A DNA stretch of 64,000 nucleotides from an uncultured Alphaproteobacteria bacterium (GTDB taxonomy: Bacteria; Pseudomonadota; Alphaproteobacteria; Caulobacterales; Caulobacteraceae): NCBI GenBank assembly GCA_903860975.1, contig CAIOSI010000001.1, positions 22,403 through 86,402 of the forward strand, written 5' to 3'. Of this stretch, positions 41,795 through 51,500 are shown one piece after another. Under the pieces are notes generated by a model. The model had not been told where the DNA came from. It did no database searches and worked only from the letters and a program-made list of their open reading frames with translations. Within the stretch, counting starts at the first letter, position 1; every line of letters begins with the position of its first letter. The position numbers and the translations under genes were made by a program.

Positions 41795-41899
41795 ACGGGC
41801 CTCAAGGTTCATGAGTCGAAGCTGGTAAAAGACGAAGGTGATTTGACGCTTGTCCTGCCTCGTTGCGTGCGCTCAGAAGGTCCGCGTTGGTGACGGAGA

Positions 41900-41925
41900 C
41901 AAGTTGAGTTTGAACGGCAAGCACC
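41900..41925 (+). repeat. solo IS6-type right terminal repeat (copy C)
   Basis: GGAGACAAGTTGAGTTTGAACGGCAAGCACC, compared with GGAGACGTGTTAGCGTTTGCCTGCCAGCACC of IS6 copy 1. Same orientation. Confidence 0.5.
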
Positions 41926-41964
41926 GAACGGGGACATGACCGATTGCCGCCACCGCGTTGGTAA

Positions 41965-43500
41965 TCAGGCCGACGCGCCCCACGTTTCGTCACCGCCGAG
42001 GCCCGCTTCGGCGGCCGCGATCCGGGCCTGGCGGCGCTCGATCTCGGCCCCGATCGGCGGACCCCTGAAACGGCGCCGCTCGATCAGCAGCCAGATGGTT
42101 CCGGTGATGACGAGGATCGCCAAAAGGACGGTGAGCGCCTGACCGTTGGGCGGTTGGACACCGACATAGAAGATGCCCCCGGAGATCACGATGCACAGCA
42201 CGGCCAGGATGCGGAAACTCGGCCCCAGGTCCCAGGGCCCCATCCGGGTCCAGGACCGACGATAGGCGAGAAGTCCCGCCGCGATCGGCATGGCGTAAGA
42301 TAGGTAGAGGACGATAGAGGTCACCGAGACCACGGTGGAATAGGCGTCGGCGTAGACAGTGAAGGCCACCGAAAGGATCGCGCCGGTCCAGATCGCCGCG
42401 ACCGGCGTGCGAAACCGCCGGCTGACCCGCTTCAACAGATGCGAGCCCGGCAGGCCATCGTCTCGGGCGAAAGCGAAGATCATCCGCGATACCGAGGTGA
42501 CCGTGGCCAGGCCGCAGAGGAACTGGGCGAGGAAGATGATGGCGTAGATCACCGTCTTCAGCGGGACCGGAACCCGCTTGTCCATGACCCAGAAAAACAC
42601 GTTCCAACCCTGTCTGGCCGCCTCACCCATATCGGGAATGGCGATCACGAAGGCGCAGGAGAACAGCCAGGCGAATACCGAGGCCCAGACCACCGAACTG
42701 ATGATGCCCCTGGGTACATTGCGGGCCGCGCTGACCGTCTCCTCGGCGGTATGGGCCGAGGCGTCGTAGCCGGTCAGGGTGTAGATCGGCAAAAGCAGGC
42801 CCAGCGCCAATAGCTGGCCGATTGAAGCAGTCTTCGGCCAAACGCCGTTGCCCGCGTCTCCGGAATAGTTGGCGAAGGTCCAGAGCCGGGTGATGTCACG
42901 GCTGGGTGCATAGTAAAGAAGCGTGGCGATAAGCAGCACCGCGCCGGCGAGGATCAAATAGCCGGATAAGTCTGTCAGCCGGGAGGTCAGCTTGATCCCA
43001 AGGTGATTGATCAGGCCATGGGCACCGGTGACCAGGACCATGAACGCGAGTTGCGGCCAGTACCCCGCCACTATCCCCAGCGCCGGTCCGAAGGCGCCGA
43101 CGAAAAAACCGAACGCGCCCACATTGATCGCCGCCAGCACGGTGATCAGGCCGATCAGGTTGAACCAGGCCGTCAGCCAACCCCAGAAACGGCCGCCCAA
43201 GATCGAGCTCCAGTGATAGAGCCCCCCCGCCGTCGGATAGGCTGAGGCAATCTGGGCCATGCAGAGCGCGAAGGCGAGCGCGCAGAGCCCCCCGATCGGC
43301 CAGCCGAGCCCCAGCGCAGCTCCCCCTGCGCCGCTGGTCGCCTGGGCTAGCGAGTTCACCCCGCCGGAGAGGATGCAGATGATCGAAAACGAGATGGCGA
43401 AGTTGGAGAAACGACCCATGTTGCGCGCCAGTTCCTGCGCGTATCCCATGGCGTGGAGCGACGAGACATCGTCCTCGGCGTCGCGATCTCCGCTGTTCAT
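41965..43500 (-). CDS. APC family amino acid/amine permease
   Basis: 511-aa polytopic ORF with APC-like sequence. Confidence 0.88.
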   Translation of the reverse strand: MNSGDRDAEDDVSSLHAMGYAQELARNMGRFSNFAISFSIICILSGGVNSLAQATSGAGGAALGLGWPIGGLCALAFALCMAQIASAYPTAGGLYHWSSILGGRFWGWLTAWFNLIGLITVLAAINVGAFGFFVGAFGPALGIVAGYWPQLAFMVLVTGAHGLINHLGIKLTSRLTDLSGYLILAGAVLLIATLLYYAPSRDITRLWTFANYSGDAGNGVWPKTASIGQLLALGLLLPIYTLTGYDASAHTAEETVSAARNVPRGIISSVVWASVFAWLFSCAFVIAIPDMGEAARQGWNVFFWVMDKRVPVPLKTVIYAIIFLAQFLCGLATVTSVSRMIFAFARDDGLPGSHLLKRVSRRFRTPVAAIWTGAILSVAFTVYADAYSTVVSVTSIVLYLSYAMPIAAGLLAYRRSWTRMGPWDLGPSFRILAVLCIVISGGIFYVGVQPPNGQALTVLLAILVITGTIWLLIERRRFRGPPIGAEIERRQARIAAAEAGLGGDETWGASA

Positions 43501-43514
43501 CGCCGATTGATCCC

Positions 43515-44660
43515 CTATCCCGCCATCGCATGGTCGAAGATGGCCCGGGTGGCCGCCACATCCAGCTGGATCGGATTGCCGGCGGCGGAGGGGTCGTCAA
43601 CGGCCATGGCGGCGATCAATCCGGCCTTTTCGGGGTCGACGTTAAGCTCGGCCAGCGTATGGGGAATGCCCAGGTCAGCGCGCATGGCCAGCACCCAGGC
43701 CAGAAAGCCATTGAAACCGCCCTCCAGGCCGAGATAGGCCGCCAGTCGGTCGATGCGCGGGGCGATCGCGGAGCGGTTGAAGCTCAGCACATAGGGCATG
43801 AGCACGGCATTGGTCAGCCCGTGGTGGGTGTCGAACACTGCCCCGATCGGGTGGGCGAGCGCGTGCATGCCGCCCAGGCCCTTTTGAAACGCGGTGGCAC
43901 CCATGGCGGCGGCGGCCATCATCCTGGCCCGCGCCTCGATATCGCCGCCCCGATGCACCGCCGTCGGCAGCGCTTCCCTGACCAGCCGTATCCCCTCAAC
44001 CGCGACGCCGTCAGCCATCGGATGAAAACCTGGCGCGCAATAGGCTTCCAGGCAGTGGGAGAGTGCGTCCATGCCCGTCGCCGCCGTCAGGTGGGGCGGC
44101 AGACCCAGGGTCAATTCGGGATCGCACAGGGTGATCGCCGGCATCATCGCCGGGTGGAAAATGATCCGCTTGGTGTGTGTCGCCTCATCGGTGATCACAC
44201 CGGCCCGACCGACTTCAGAACCGGTTCCGGCCGTGGTCGGCACGGCGATGACCGGCGCGATGCCCGCCGGATCGGCGCGGGTCCACCAATCGCCGACGTC
44301 CTCGAAATCCCACATCGGCCGGGCCTGGCCGGACATGAAGGCGATGACCTTGCCCACATCCAGCGCCGATCCGCCGCCGAAGGCGATCACCCCGTCGTGG
44401 GCGCCGGCCTTGTACGCCGCGACGCCGGCCTCGACATTGGCCCCAATTGGGTTGGACTTGATGTCGGCGAACAGCTCTGCGCCCAGGCCGTCCGCGCGCA
44501 ACAGGGCGAGCGTGCTGGCCACCATCGGATTGCCCGCAAGGCCACTGTCGGTGACCAGCAGGGGCCGCTTAATGCCGGTCGCGCTGCAAAGCGCGGCGAT
44601 CTCGGCGATGCGGCCGGCACCGAACTTGACGCTGGTCGGGTAGTTCCAGTTGCCGATCAC
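43515..44660 (-). CDS. iron-containing alcohol dehydrogenase
   Basis: 381-aa ORF with GGGSALDVGK and the His-rich metal site ..HALAHPIG... Confidence 0.9.
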   Translation of the reverse strand: MIGNWNYPTSVKFGAGRIAEIAALCSATGIKRPLLVTDSGLAGNPMVASTLALLRADGLGAELFADIKSNPIGANVEAGVAAYKAGAHDGVIAFGGGSALDVGKVIAFMSGQARPMWDFEDVGDWWTRADPAGIAPVIAVPTTAGTGSEVGRAGVITDEATHTKRIIFHPAMMPAITLCDPELTLGLPPHLTAATGMDALSHCLEAYCAPGFHPMADGVAVEGIRLVREALPTAVHRGGDIEARARMMAAAAMGATAFQKGLGGMHALAHPIGAVFDTHHGLTNAVLMPYVLSFNRSAIAPRIDRLAAYLGLEGGFNGFLAWVLAMRADLGIPHTLAELNVDPEKAGLIAAMAVDDPSAAGNPIQLDVAATRAIFDHAMAG

Positions 44661-44673
44661 GGATTCGGACTCC

Positions 44674-46062
44674 CTAGGCCAGGCTGCGCAGATGGAAGGA
44701 CTTAGGCCGGGTCAGGGCATCGTAGCCAAGCTTCGACAGGGTGACGCCCCGGCCGGAGTCCTTGACCCCGGTCCAGGCCAGACCTGGGTCCAGGTGATCG
44801 CAACGGTTCATGAACACGGTGCCGGTCTCCAGCCGCTCACCCAGGGCCTGGGCCGCATCGACGTCGCTTGTCCAGATGGCAGCGGTGAGGCCATAGGCGC
44901 TGTCGTTCATCAGTCGCACGGCCATATCGTCGTCGGTGACTTTCATGATTCCGACCACGGGTCCGAAGGATTCTTCGGTCATCACCCGCATGTCGTGATC
45001 GACATCGACCAGGATCTGCGGCGCCAAATAGGTCCCGCGGCCAGGGTCGGTGGGGAAGTTTGCAGGATCGATCAGCGCGCGGGCACCCATCGACAGCGCC
45101 TGCGCCGTCTGGCCACGGACGATGTCGGCCAACCGGGCCTGGGCCATGGGCCCCAAGGTCGTCGCCGGGTCTAGTGGGTCGCCGAGCACGTAGCGGCTGG
45201 CCAAAGCGGCCGCGCCCTCGACGAACGGGGCGTACAGGCTCTCGTGGACATAGATGCGCTCGATCCCGCAACAGCACTGACCGCTGTTGTAGAAGGCACC
45301 ATCGACCAGGTTTTCGATGGCGTGCTCAAGATTTGCGTCAGCGCGCACATAGGCGGGGTCCTTGCCGCCGAGTTCGAGCCCGACCTGGGCGAAGGTTCCC
45401 GCCGCCGCGCGCTCGATCACCTTCCCCGCTGTGGTCGATCCGGTGAAGCAGACCAGGTTCACCGCGCCCGAGCCGATGATCCGCGCGGTGTCGTCGTGGC
45501 TGAGCGCGATGCTCTGGAACAGCCCTTTGGGAACGCCTGCTGCATCCATGGCCATCTGGAAGCGGTCGCCGACGAGAATGGTCTGAGCCGCGTGCTTGAG
45601 GATCACCGCGTTGCCGGCAATGAGCGCTGGAACCACCGAATTGACCGCGGTCAGATAGGGGTAGTTCCATGGCGCAATGGTCAGCACCACCCCCACGGGT
45701 GCGCGCTGGACGAAGCGACGGATGGCGTCCGTAGGTTCGAGCACCGGCGTCGGCGCCAGGAATTCCTCCGCATGGGCCACCATGTATCGCACGCGATCGA
45801 CAAAGGGGCCGAACTCGCCGCCGTGGCGGACGGGGCGGCCCATCTGCCAGGCCAGCTCCGGAACGACAGCATCCTTCATCGCCAGCATCGCGTCGAGAAA
45901 GGACAGCGCGCGGGCGCAACGCTCAGCAAGCGCAACCCGCGCCCAGTCGCGCTGAGCGGCGACAGCGGCGGCCAGCGCCGCCGTGATGGCGCTGCCGCTG
46001 GCGGTAGGCCGCCGGTCGACGACGCGACCGTCGATAGGGGAAATACAGACGATTTCACTCAT
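44674..46062 (-). CDS. aldehyde dehydrogenase family protein
   Basis: 462-aa ORF with VGLELGGKDP and FYNSGQCCCGIERIYV (catalytic Glu and Cys regions). Confidence 0.9.
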   Translation of the reverse strand: MSEIVCISPIDGRVVDRRPTASGSAITAALAAAVAAQRDWARVALAERCARALSFLDAMLAMKDAVVPELAWQMGRPVRHGGEFGPFVDRVRYMVAHAEEFLAPTPVLEPTDAIRRFVQRAPVGVVLTIAPWNYPYLTAVNSVVPALIAGNAVILKHAAQTILVGDRFQMAMDAAGVPKGLFQSIALSHDDTARIIGSGAVNLVCFTGSTTAGKVIERAAAGTFAQVGLELGGKDPAYVRADANLEHAIENLVDGAFYNSGQCCCGIERIYVHESLYAPFVEGAAALASRYVLGDPLDPATTLGPMAQARLADIVRGQTAQALSMGARALIDPANFPTDPGRGTYLAPQILVDVDHDMRVMTEESFGPVVGIMKVTDDDMAVRLMNDSAYGLTAAIWTSDVDAAQALGERLETGTVFMNRCDHLDPGLAWTGVKDSGRGVTLSKLGYDALTRPKSFHLRSLA

Positions 46063-46070
46063 AGATTTGC

Positions 46071-47441
46071 TCAGATGATCTCGAAATAGCGGGCCAGCTG
46101 CCAGTCGGTGACCGCCTTACGCGCCTGGCGTTCCTCCCACTCACGCGTAGAGGCGTAGTGGTCAACGAAGGCCGAGCCGAACAGGTCTGTGGCGGCCTCC
46201 GAGGCGCGCAGAGCCTGGGCGGCCTCCCAGAGCGTACCTGGCAAAGCGAGGGCGGGATCGGGCGCCTGCGCATAAGCGTTGCCGATGATTGCCGCCTCGG
46301 GCTCGATCTGGCGCTCGATCCCCCAAAGGCCAGAGCCGATGGCGGCAGCCAGCGCGATGTAGGGATTGATGTCGGCGGCGGCGATCCGGTACTCGACCCG
46401 CTGGGATTTTTCCGATCCGCCGATCACGCGCAGGGCGCAGGTGCGGTTCTCGTAGCCCCAGGTCGCCGAGGTCGGGGCCCAAAACCCCGGCACCAGCCGC
46501 GTATAGCTGTTCACTGTGCAGGCGATCATCGACAACAGCTGCGGCATCAGCCGCTGCTGACCGCCAACGTACCAACGCATCTGTTGCGACATATTCAGCG
46601 GCTGGCCACCAGCGAAGAAGGTGCCCAAGCCCGTCGCCTTGTCGATCAGCGATGTGTGCAGATGGCCAGATAACCCTGGCAGATCGGCGGACCATTTGGC
46701 CATGAAAGTCGCCATCAGGCCGCGGCGCGCGAAATACACCTTGGCCATGGTCTTGAACAACGCGGCCTTGTCTGCAGCCGCCATGGCTTCGTCCACGCGC
46801 AAGGCCGCCTCCAGCACCCCGGGCCCGGTTTCGGTGTGCAGGCCTTCGATGCCGAGATCCATCTGCTCACACACCTCAAGCAGATCCCGGTAGAGCTCGG
46901 CGTGGGTGCCGCTGCGCAGCATCGAATAGCCGAAATTGCCGGGTGTGAACGGTTTTAGGCCCTGGTAATTCTTCTCGCGCACACTCTGTGGCGTCTCATT
47001 GAACACGAAGAACTCGAACTCGGCCGCGGCCTTAACCGAAAAGCCCATGGCGTCGGCGCGCTCCAGCACCCGGCGCAATACCCCACGCGGGCAGACGGCC
47101 TCGGCGGAACCGGCGAATTCGCCCAGCACCAGGGGCATGCCGCCTTCATCCGGCAGCAGCCGCGTGGTGTGCGGCAGCAGTCGAACGGGCGCGTCCGGAT
47201 AGGCGGTGTGCCAGCCGGTGTAGGCGGTGTTGTCATAGAGCTTGTCGTCGCAGTCCCAGCCCAGCACCACATCGCAAAAGCCCATCCCCTGGTCCAGGGC
47301 CGAGAGGAACTTGTCCCGGCTCAGGTATTTTCCGCGCATCACCCCATCGATGTCGAATACCCCCACCTTGATGTGGTCGAGGTTGCGTCGGGTGACATAA
47401 TCGGCCAGTTCGGCCGCCGTGGTGAGCTTGCTGTCTGGCAC
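46071..47441 (-). CDS. glutamine synthetase family protein (gamma-glutamyl-amine ligase-like)
   Basis: 456-aa ORF with a type I GS-like catalytic domain. First gene of the four-gene minus-strand operon. Confidence 0.88.
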   Translation of the reverse strand: MPDSKLTTAAELADYVTRRNLDHIKVGVFDIDGVMRGKYLSRDKFLSALDQGMGFCDVVLGWDCDDKLYDNTAYTGWHTAYPDAPVRLLPHTTRLLPDEGGMPLVLGEFAGSAEAVCPRGVLRRVLERADAMGFSVKAAAEFEFFVFNETPQSVREKNYQGLKPFTPGNFGYSMLRSGTHAELYRDLLEVCEQMDLGIEGLHTETGPGVLEAALRVDEAMAAADKAALFKTMAKVYFARRGLMATFMAKWSADLPGLSGHLHTSLIDKATGLGTFFAGGQPLNMSQQMRWYVGGQQRLMPQLLSMIACTVNSYTRLVPGFWAPTSATWGYENRTCALRVIGGSEKSQRVEYRIAAADINPYIALAAAIGSGLWGIERQIEPEAAIIGNAYAQAPDPALALPGTLWEAAQALRASEAATDLFGSAFVDHYASTREWEERQARKAVTDWQLARYFEII

Positions 47442-47726
47442 GGGCGAGACCTTCTTCGGAGAGCGTCGAGCGACGGCCGACCAACGCCGTGCAGAGATTG
47501 ATAGAGGGCGATAGGCGTTTGGCAGAATAAATTAGCGTGCCGTAATGCCTAAACGCCAACGGGTCTGGAAGGCTAATTCGTTCCACGACCTGCTCGCCGC
47601 GCGGCGGTTTGACGCGCATGTGAAGACGATGCGGTCCTGGTGGAACCGGTTCGGCCCACCCCCGCGAGGACGAGAACCGGCGATCCCGAGATCTGCGTCC
47701 CCGAATCCCTTCCCGTCGACCGCAGA

Positions 47727-47748
47727 CAAGTTGAAGTTAAACCGCACC
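47727..47748 (+). repeat. solo IS6-type right terminal repeat (copy B, shortened)
   Basis: CAGACAAGTTGAAGTTAAACCGCACC. Same orientation as copies A and C. The ~200 bp to its left give weak IS6 N-terminus-like translations (..NRFHQDRIV..). Confidence 0.45.
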
Positions 47749-47765
47749 GATGCGGCCTTGGCTGG

Positions 47766-48143
47766 CTATCGGATAAGAATTGCTGTCTCGGGCACGGCTT
47801 GTGACCATGCCGTGTCTGTCGTCAGGGAAGGCAGATTACGCTCGTGCGCCAAGGCCACACAGGCCCGATCACCAAGTGACAGGTCGGCCGATCGCGTTGC
47901 AGGCCTTCGTGCGCCGCAAGCGACGGCCTGCTCGGTACGGAAGGGCGCGACCTGCACAATTGGCTCGATCGCTGCCAGCGCCTCGAGCGCAGGCATTCCT
48001 CGCTCGGTCAGCTGGGTGATCACCTCCGCCAAGTTCGCCGCGCTTAGGCGGACGTCAGGCATATGGGAGCGAACAACCCCGGCGCATGGCTCGCTCAACA
48101 GCAAGGCAAGCACGGCGGAGCTGTCCGCAATCGCTTTAATCAT
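47766..48143 (-). CDS. vapC: PIN-domain toxin VapC
   Basis: 125-aa ORF. MIKAIADSSAVLALL.. has the first acidic residue and ..LSLGDRACVALA.. is PIN-like. Confidence 0.85.
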   Translation of the reverse strand: MIKAIADSSAVLALLLSEPCAGVVRSHMPDVRLSAANLAEVITQLTERGMPALEALAAIEPIVQVAPFRTEQAVACGARRPATRSADLSLGDRACVALAHERNLPSLTTDTAWSQAVPETAILIR

Positions 48144-48372
48144 CCTCGGCCGCTGCGTGGCGTTCGGTGATCAGTTCAGTGACGAGCGAAGGGCCTAACT
48201 TAACGTGCCGCCCGACCATCGCTTACGCTCGCATCACCGCCGCATCGACAGGCTCCAGCATGATTACCCCGTCACGCAGATGCGCCAGCAGCGAACCGCC
48301 ATTCTCAACGCCAACCGCCGCTCGCATGTCTTCCGGGAGGAACCGGTGACGTTTGAACGAGATCGGCATCAT
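48136..48372 (-). pseudogene. vapB: AbrB/SpoVT-type VapB antitoxin interrupted by one in-frame TAA
   Basis: MMPISFKRHRFLPEDMRAAVGVENGGSLLAHLRDGVIMLEPVDAAVMRA, then TAA (48223-48225), then AMVGRHVKLGPSLVTELITERHAAAEDD in the same frame. That frame ends at a TAA overlapping the vapC ATG (ATGATTAA). GAGGGGA RBS. Confidence 0.5.
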
Positions 48373-48596
48373 TGCGCCGTCCCCTCTGCCCGCCCAATGG
48401 ACCAAGTGGGAAATAAGTTGGATGGAAAATCTGCCCGCACTCGGGCGGTGCCGTCACCGCCCTTGACGCTTGGACGTGAGCTGGATTTCCGCCCGTCTCA
48501 AGCTCCGATCTTGAAGATTATGTCATCCGCTGGACATTCACAAAAAATTACAATTAATTCACGGAAGTTTGTGGCTTGTGTCGTGAGTGGCTTAAA

Positions 48597-51500
48597 ATGA
48601 GTGCGCGAAATTGGAAGTCGGCCCGGTCTGGTCGCGTAGGGCTCGCAGCCCTACTCATGGGGTCGACCGCCATAGCGGTGCCCGCAGCTATCCTCAGCGG
48701 CCTGGTGCTTGATGGCCTGATGAGCACATCGGCAGCCGCCCAGGACTACACCTCAGGGGCCCTCAGTGGCACGGTTAGCGATGATGCCGGCAAGCCGGTG
48801 ACCGGAGCCAGCGTCAAGCTAACCTCTCAGGCGCGTGGCCAGACCATTTCGCTATCGACCAACGGCGCAGGTCAGGTGCATCTGACCGGTCTGACCCCGG
48901 GACGCTATGGTGTCAGCATCAACGCCCCAGGCTTCAACGTCCTGACAGACACCGTCACCGTCACCGTCTCCCAGGAAGCGGTGTTCCGCTTCAGTCTGCA
49001 AAAAGCTGGAGCCGTCCAGGAGGTGGTCGTCACGGGCTCGCGCACCCGCCAGGACTTCAGTAAGACCACGACCGGAGTAACCGTAGATCTCGAGACCCTG
49101 GTCGCGGAAGAACCCATCGCCCGCAGTATTACGGCGGTGACCTTATTGGCACCCTCCGTGGTCAAGGGCGTCTCTGGCTTTGGTGATACGCCTTCGATCG
49201 GCGGCGGATCGGTCGCTGAAAATGCATATTATATCAATGGCTTGAATATCACCAATCCAGACACCTATATAGGCGGGTCGAAGGTTCCGTTCGATTTTTA
49301 TAAGACCGTAGATGTCAAGACAGGGGGCTATGCCGCTGAATTCGGCCGCGCCACAGGCGGTGTGGTCAACGCGGTGACCAAGTCCGGCTCCAATGATCTG
49401 ATGGTGGGGATCCACGGGAACTTCGCCCTGAAAGACCTGCGCAACAAGCCGCACGATCTTTCTTTCTCGGGCGGCTATGTGAACCCGGGCAGCCTGAGCA
49501 CAATCGACAGCAAGCAGGTGACGCTGGAAGCTAGCGGCCCGATCATCAAGGATCACCTGTTCCTTTATGGCTTGGTCCAGACCAATGACAACACCTCGTC
49601 CGCTGCCTCAGGGACCGCGGGCAGTTATGATCGGTACCATACGAAAGACCCGTTCTACGGCTTGAAGCTGGATGGCTATCTGACCCCGACTCAGCACTTC
49701 GAGCTTACCTATTTTGACACCACGACAACGCAGACCGACAGCAATTCTAAATACAACAACGCCACGCAGGCCATCGGCTCATTTGTTGGAAACCAGCTAA
49801 CGAAGACGGGCGGAACGAACTGGGTCTCGAAATATACAGGCCGGGTCAACGACGCCCTCACGATCTCGGCCGCCTATGGCGAAAACAATGACGCTGGTGA
49901 CGTGTCGCCGGCCAATGCGTCGGCCTATCGGGTTCAAGCCTACACGAACGGCTCCTACGCCACGATTTCCCAGGGTCAGCCCTTCTCAGGTGCCAGCCTC
50001 GACGATACCAAGCGCAAATTCTACCGGCTGGATGGCGATCTGAACTTCGATGCCTATGGCCGCCATCACGTGCGCTTTGGCCTGGACCACGAAGATCTGA
50101 GCGAAACCAAGATCACATCCCTGGTGGGGCCGCTGCCGATCTTCTACCGGTTTGGTACATCTGGCCTGCGGATCACGTATGAAAAGCTTGGCGGCAATAT
50201 CTCAGCCGTGGATCAGGCCTATTACATCCAGGACAGCTGGGATGTGACCCCCAACCTGAATATCCAGATTGGCGCCCGTAATGACGGGTTCCAGCAGAGT
50301 AATCTGTCGGGTCAGAAATATCTGGACCTGAAGGATAACTGGGCACCCCGTATCGGATTCAGCTGGGACCCGACGGGCACTTCGCAGTTCAAGATTTTCG
50401 GAAATTACGGGCGTTATTATATCCCACCCGCCATGAACCTCGGCTTCCGGGGCCGGGATTTGTATTTCCTCGAATACTTCTATGCGCCGGACGGCACGAC
50501 CGGTTACGCAAATGGCGCGATCACCTCGTCATGGACGCTTGATCCCGTCACTGGCCTGCCCACGGCCATAGGAAAAGCGCGGACCAACTTGGCCGGTGCC
50601 GGCTATGGCTCGACCTGCCCGGCCGATTTCTCCACCGCTCCAGGCCACCCGGTCAACGGGGCTTCGGCCTGCGCTATCTATGGAGGCGGCGTGCAGGATC
50701 CCGCACTGGCTAAGCTCGCCGTCGGGACCCGTGCCACCTACGAGGATGAATTCATCCTCGGCGGAAATTACAAGATCAATGACCTTTGGTCGGTGGGCGT
50801 CACGGCGACCTATCGCAACCTCGGCGATGTCTCCGAAGACACCGATTTCGCCCCTTTGCTCTACAATCACTTCAACTGCGATAACGTGTCTTCAGCCCAG
50901 TGCGATTTCTACGGTAACAATTCCGCCTATTACATCTGGAACCCGGGCTCAAAGACGCTGACGGTCAACGACTGGTACGCGGCCACTCTGGGCAAAACCC
51001 AGGCCGTCACCCTGACTGGCCTGACGTTCCCCAAGCCGGTGCGCGAATACAAAGCCGTGACGGTGGACTTCAAGCGCGGGTTTGACGGCAAGTGGTCTGC
51101 CCAAGGCTCAGTGACCTTTGGCCGTTCCTATGGAAACTATGAAGGCACGGTCAAATCCGACGCGGGCAATGGCGCTCAGTCCGATGCAGGATCAACGCAG
51201 GATTTCGACTACCTGGGCCTGACCGACAACAGTAAGGGCTATCTGCCTAATAACCATGCGGTTCAGGCCAAGCTCTGGGGCAGCTACGCGATCCTGCCGG
51301 ACCTGATCGTCGGGGCCAACGCTTCCATCATCTCTCCAATGAAGGGATCCTGCGAGGGCATCCACCCGACGGACCCGAATGCCTCGGCCTATGGAGCCTC
51401 CAGTTTCTACTGTGGCGGCAAGCCCGCCCCACGCGGAACCGGTTGGCAATCGGATTGGCAGAATAACCTGGACCTTTCGGTTCGCTACACCCTGCCGCAA

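Noticed and set aside
43530-44705. 391-aa plus-strand ORF. There are many similar long ORFs, such as 1613..2320, 8670..9512, 14888..15616, 18318..19331, 36178..37038 and 40557..41351.
   Set aside because: All lie antisense to genes with clear family signatures and have R/G/P-rich translations. They are shadow ORFs.
47521-47542. Sigma-54-like GGCACG-N5-TTTAT on the minus strand upstream of the GS-like operon.
   Set aside because: The -12 element does not match TTGC, and no enhancer-binding-protein gene is nearby.
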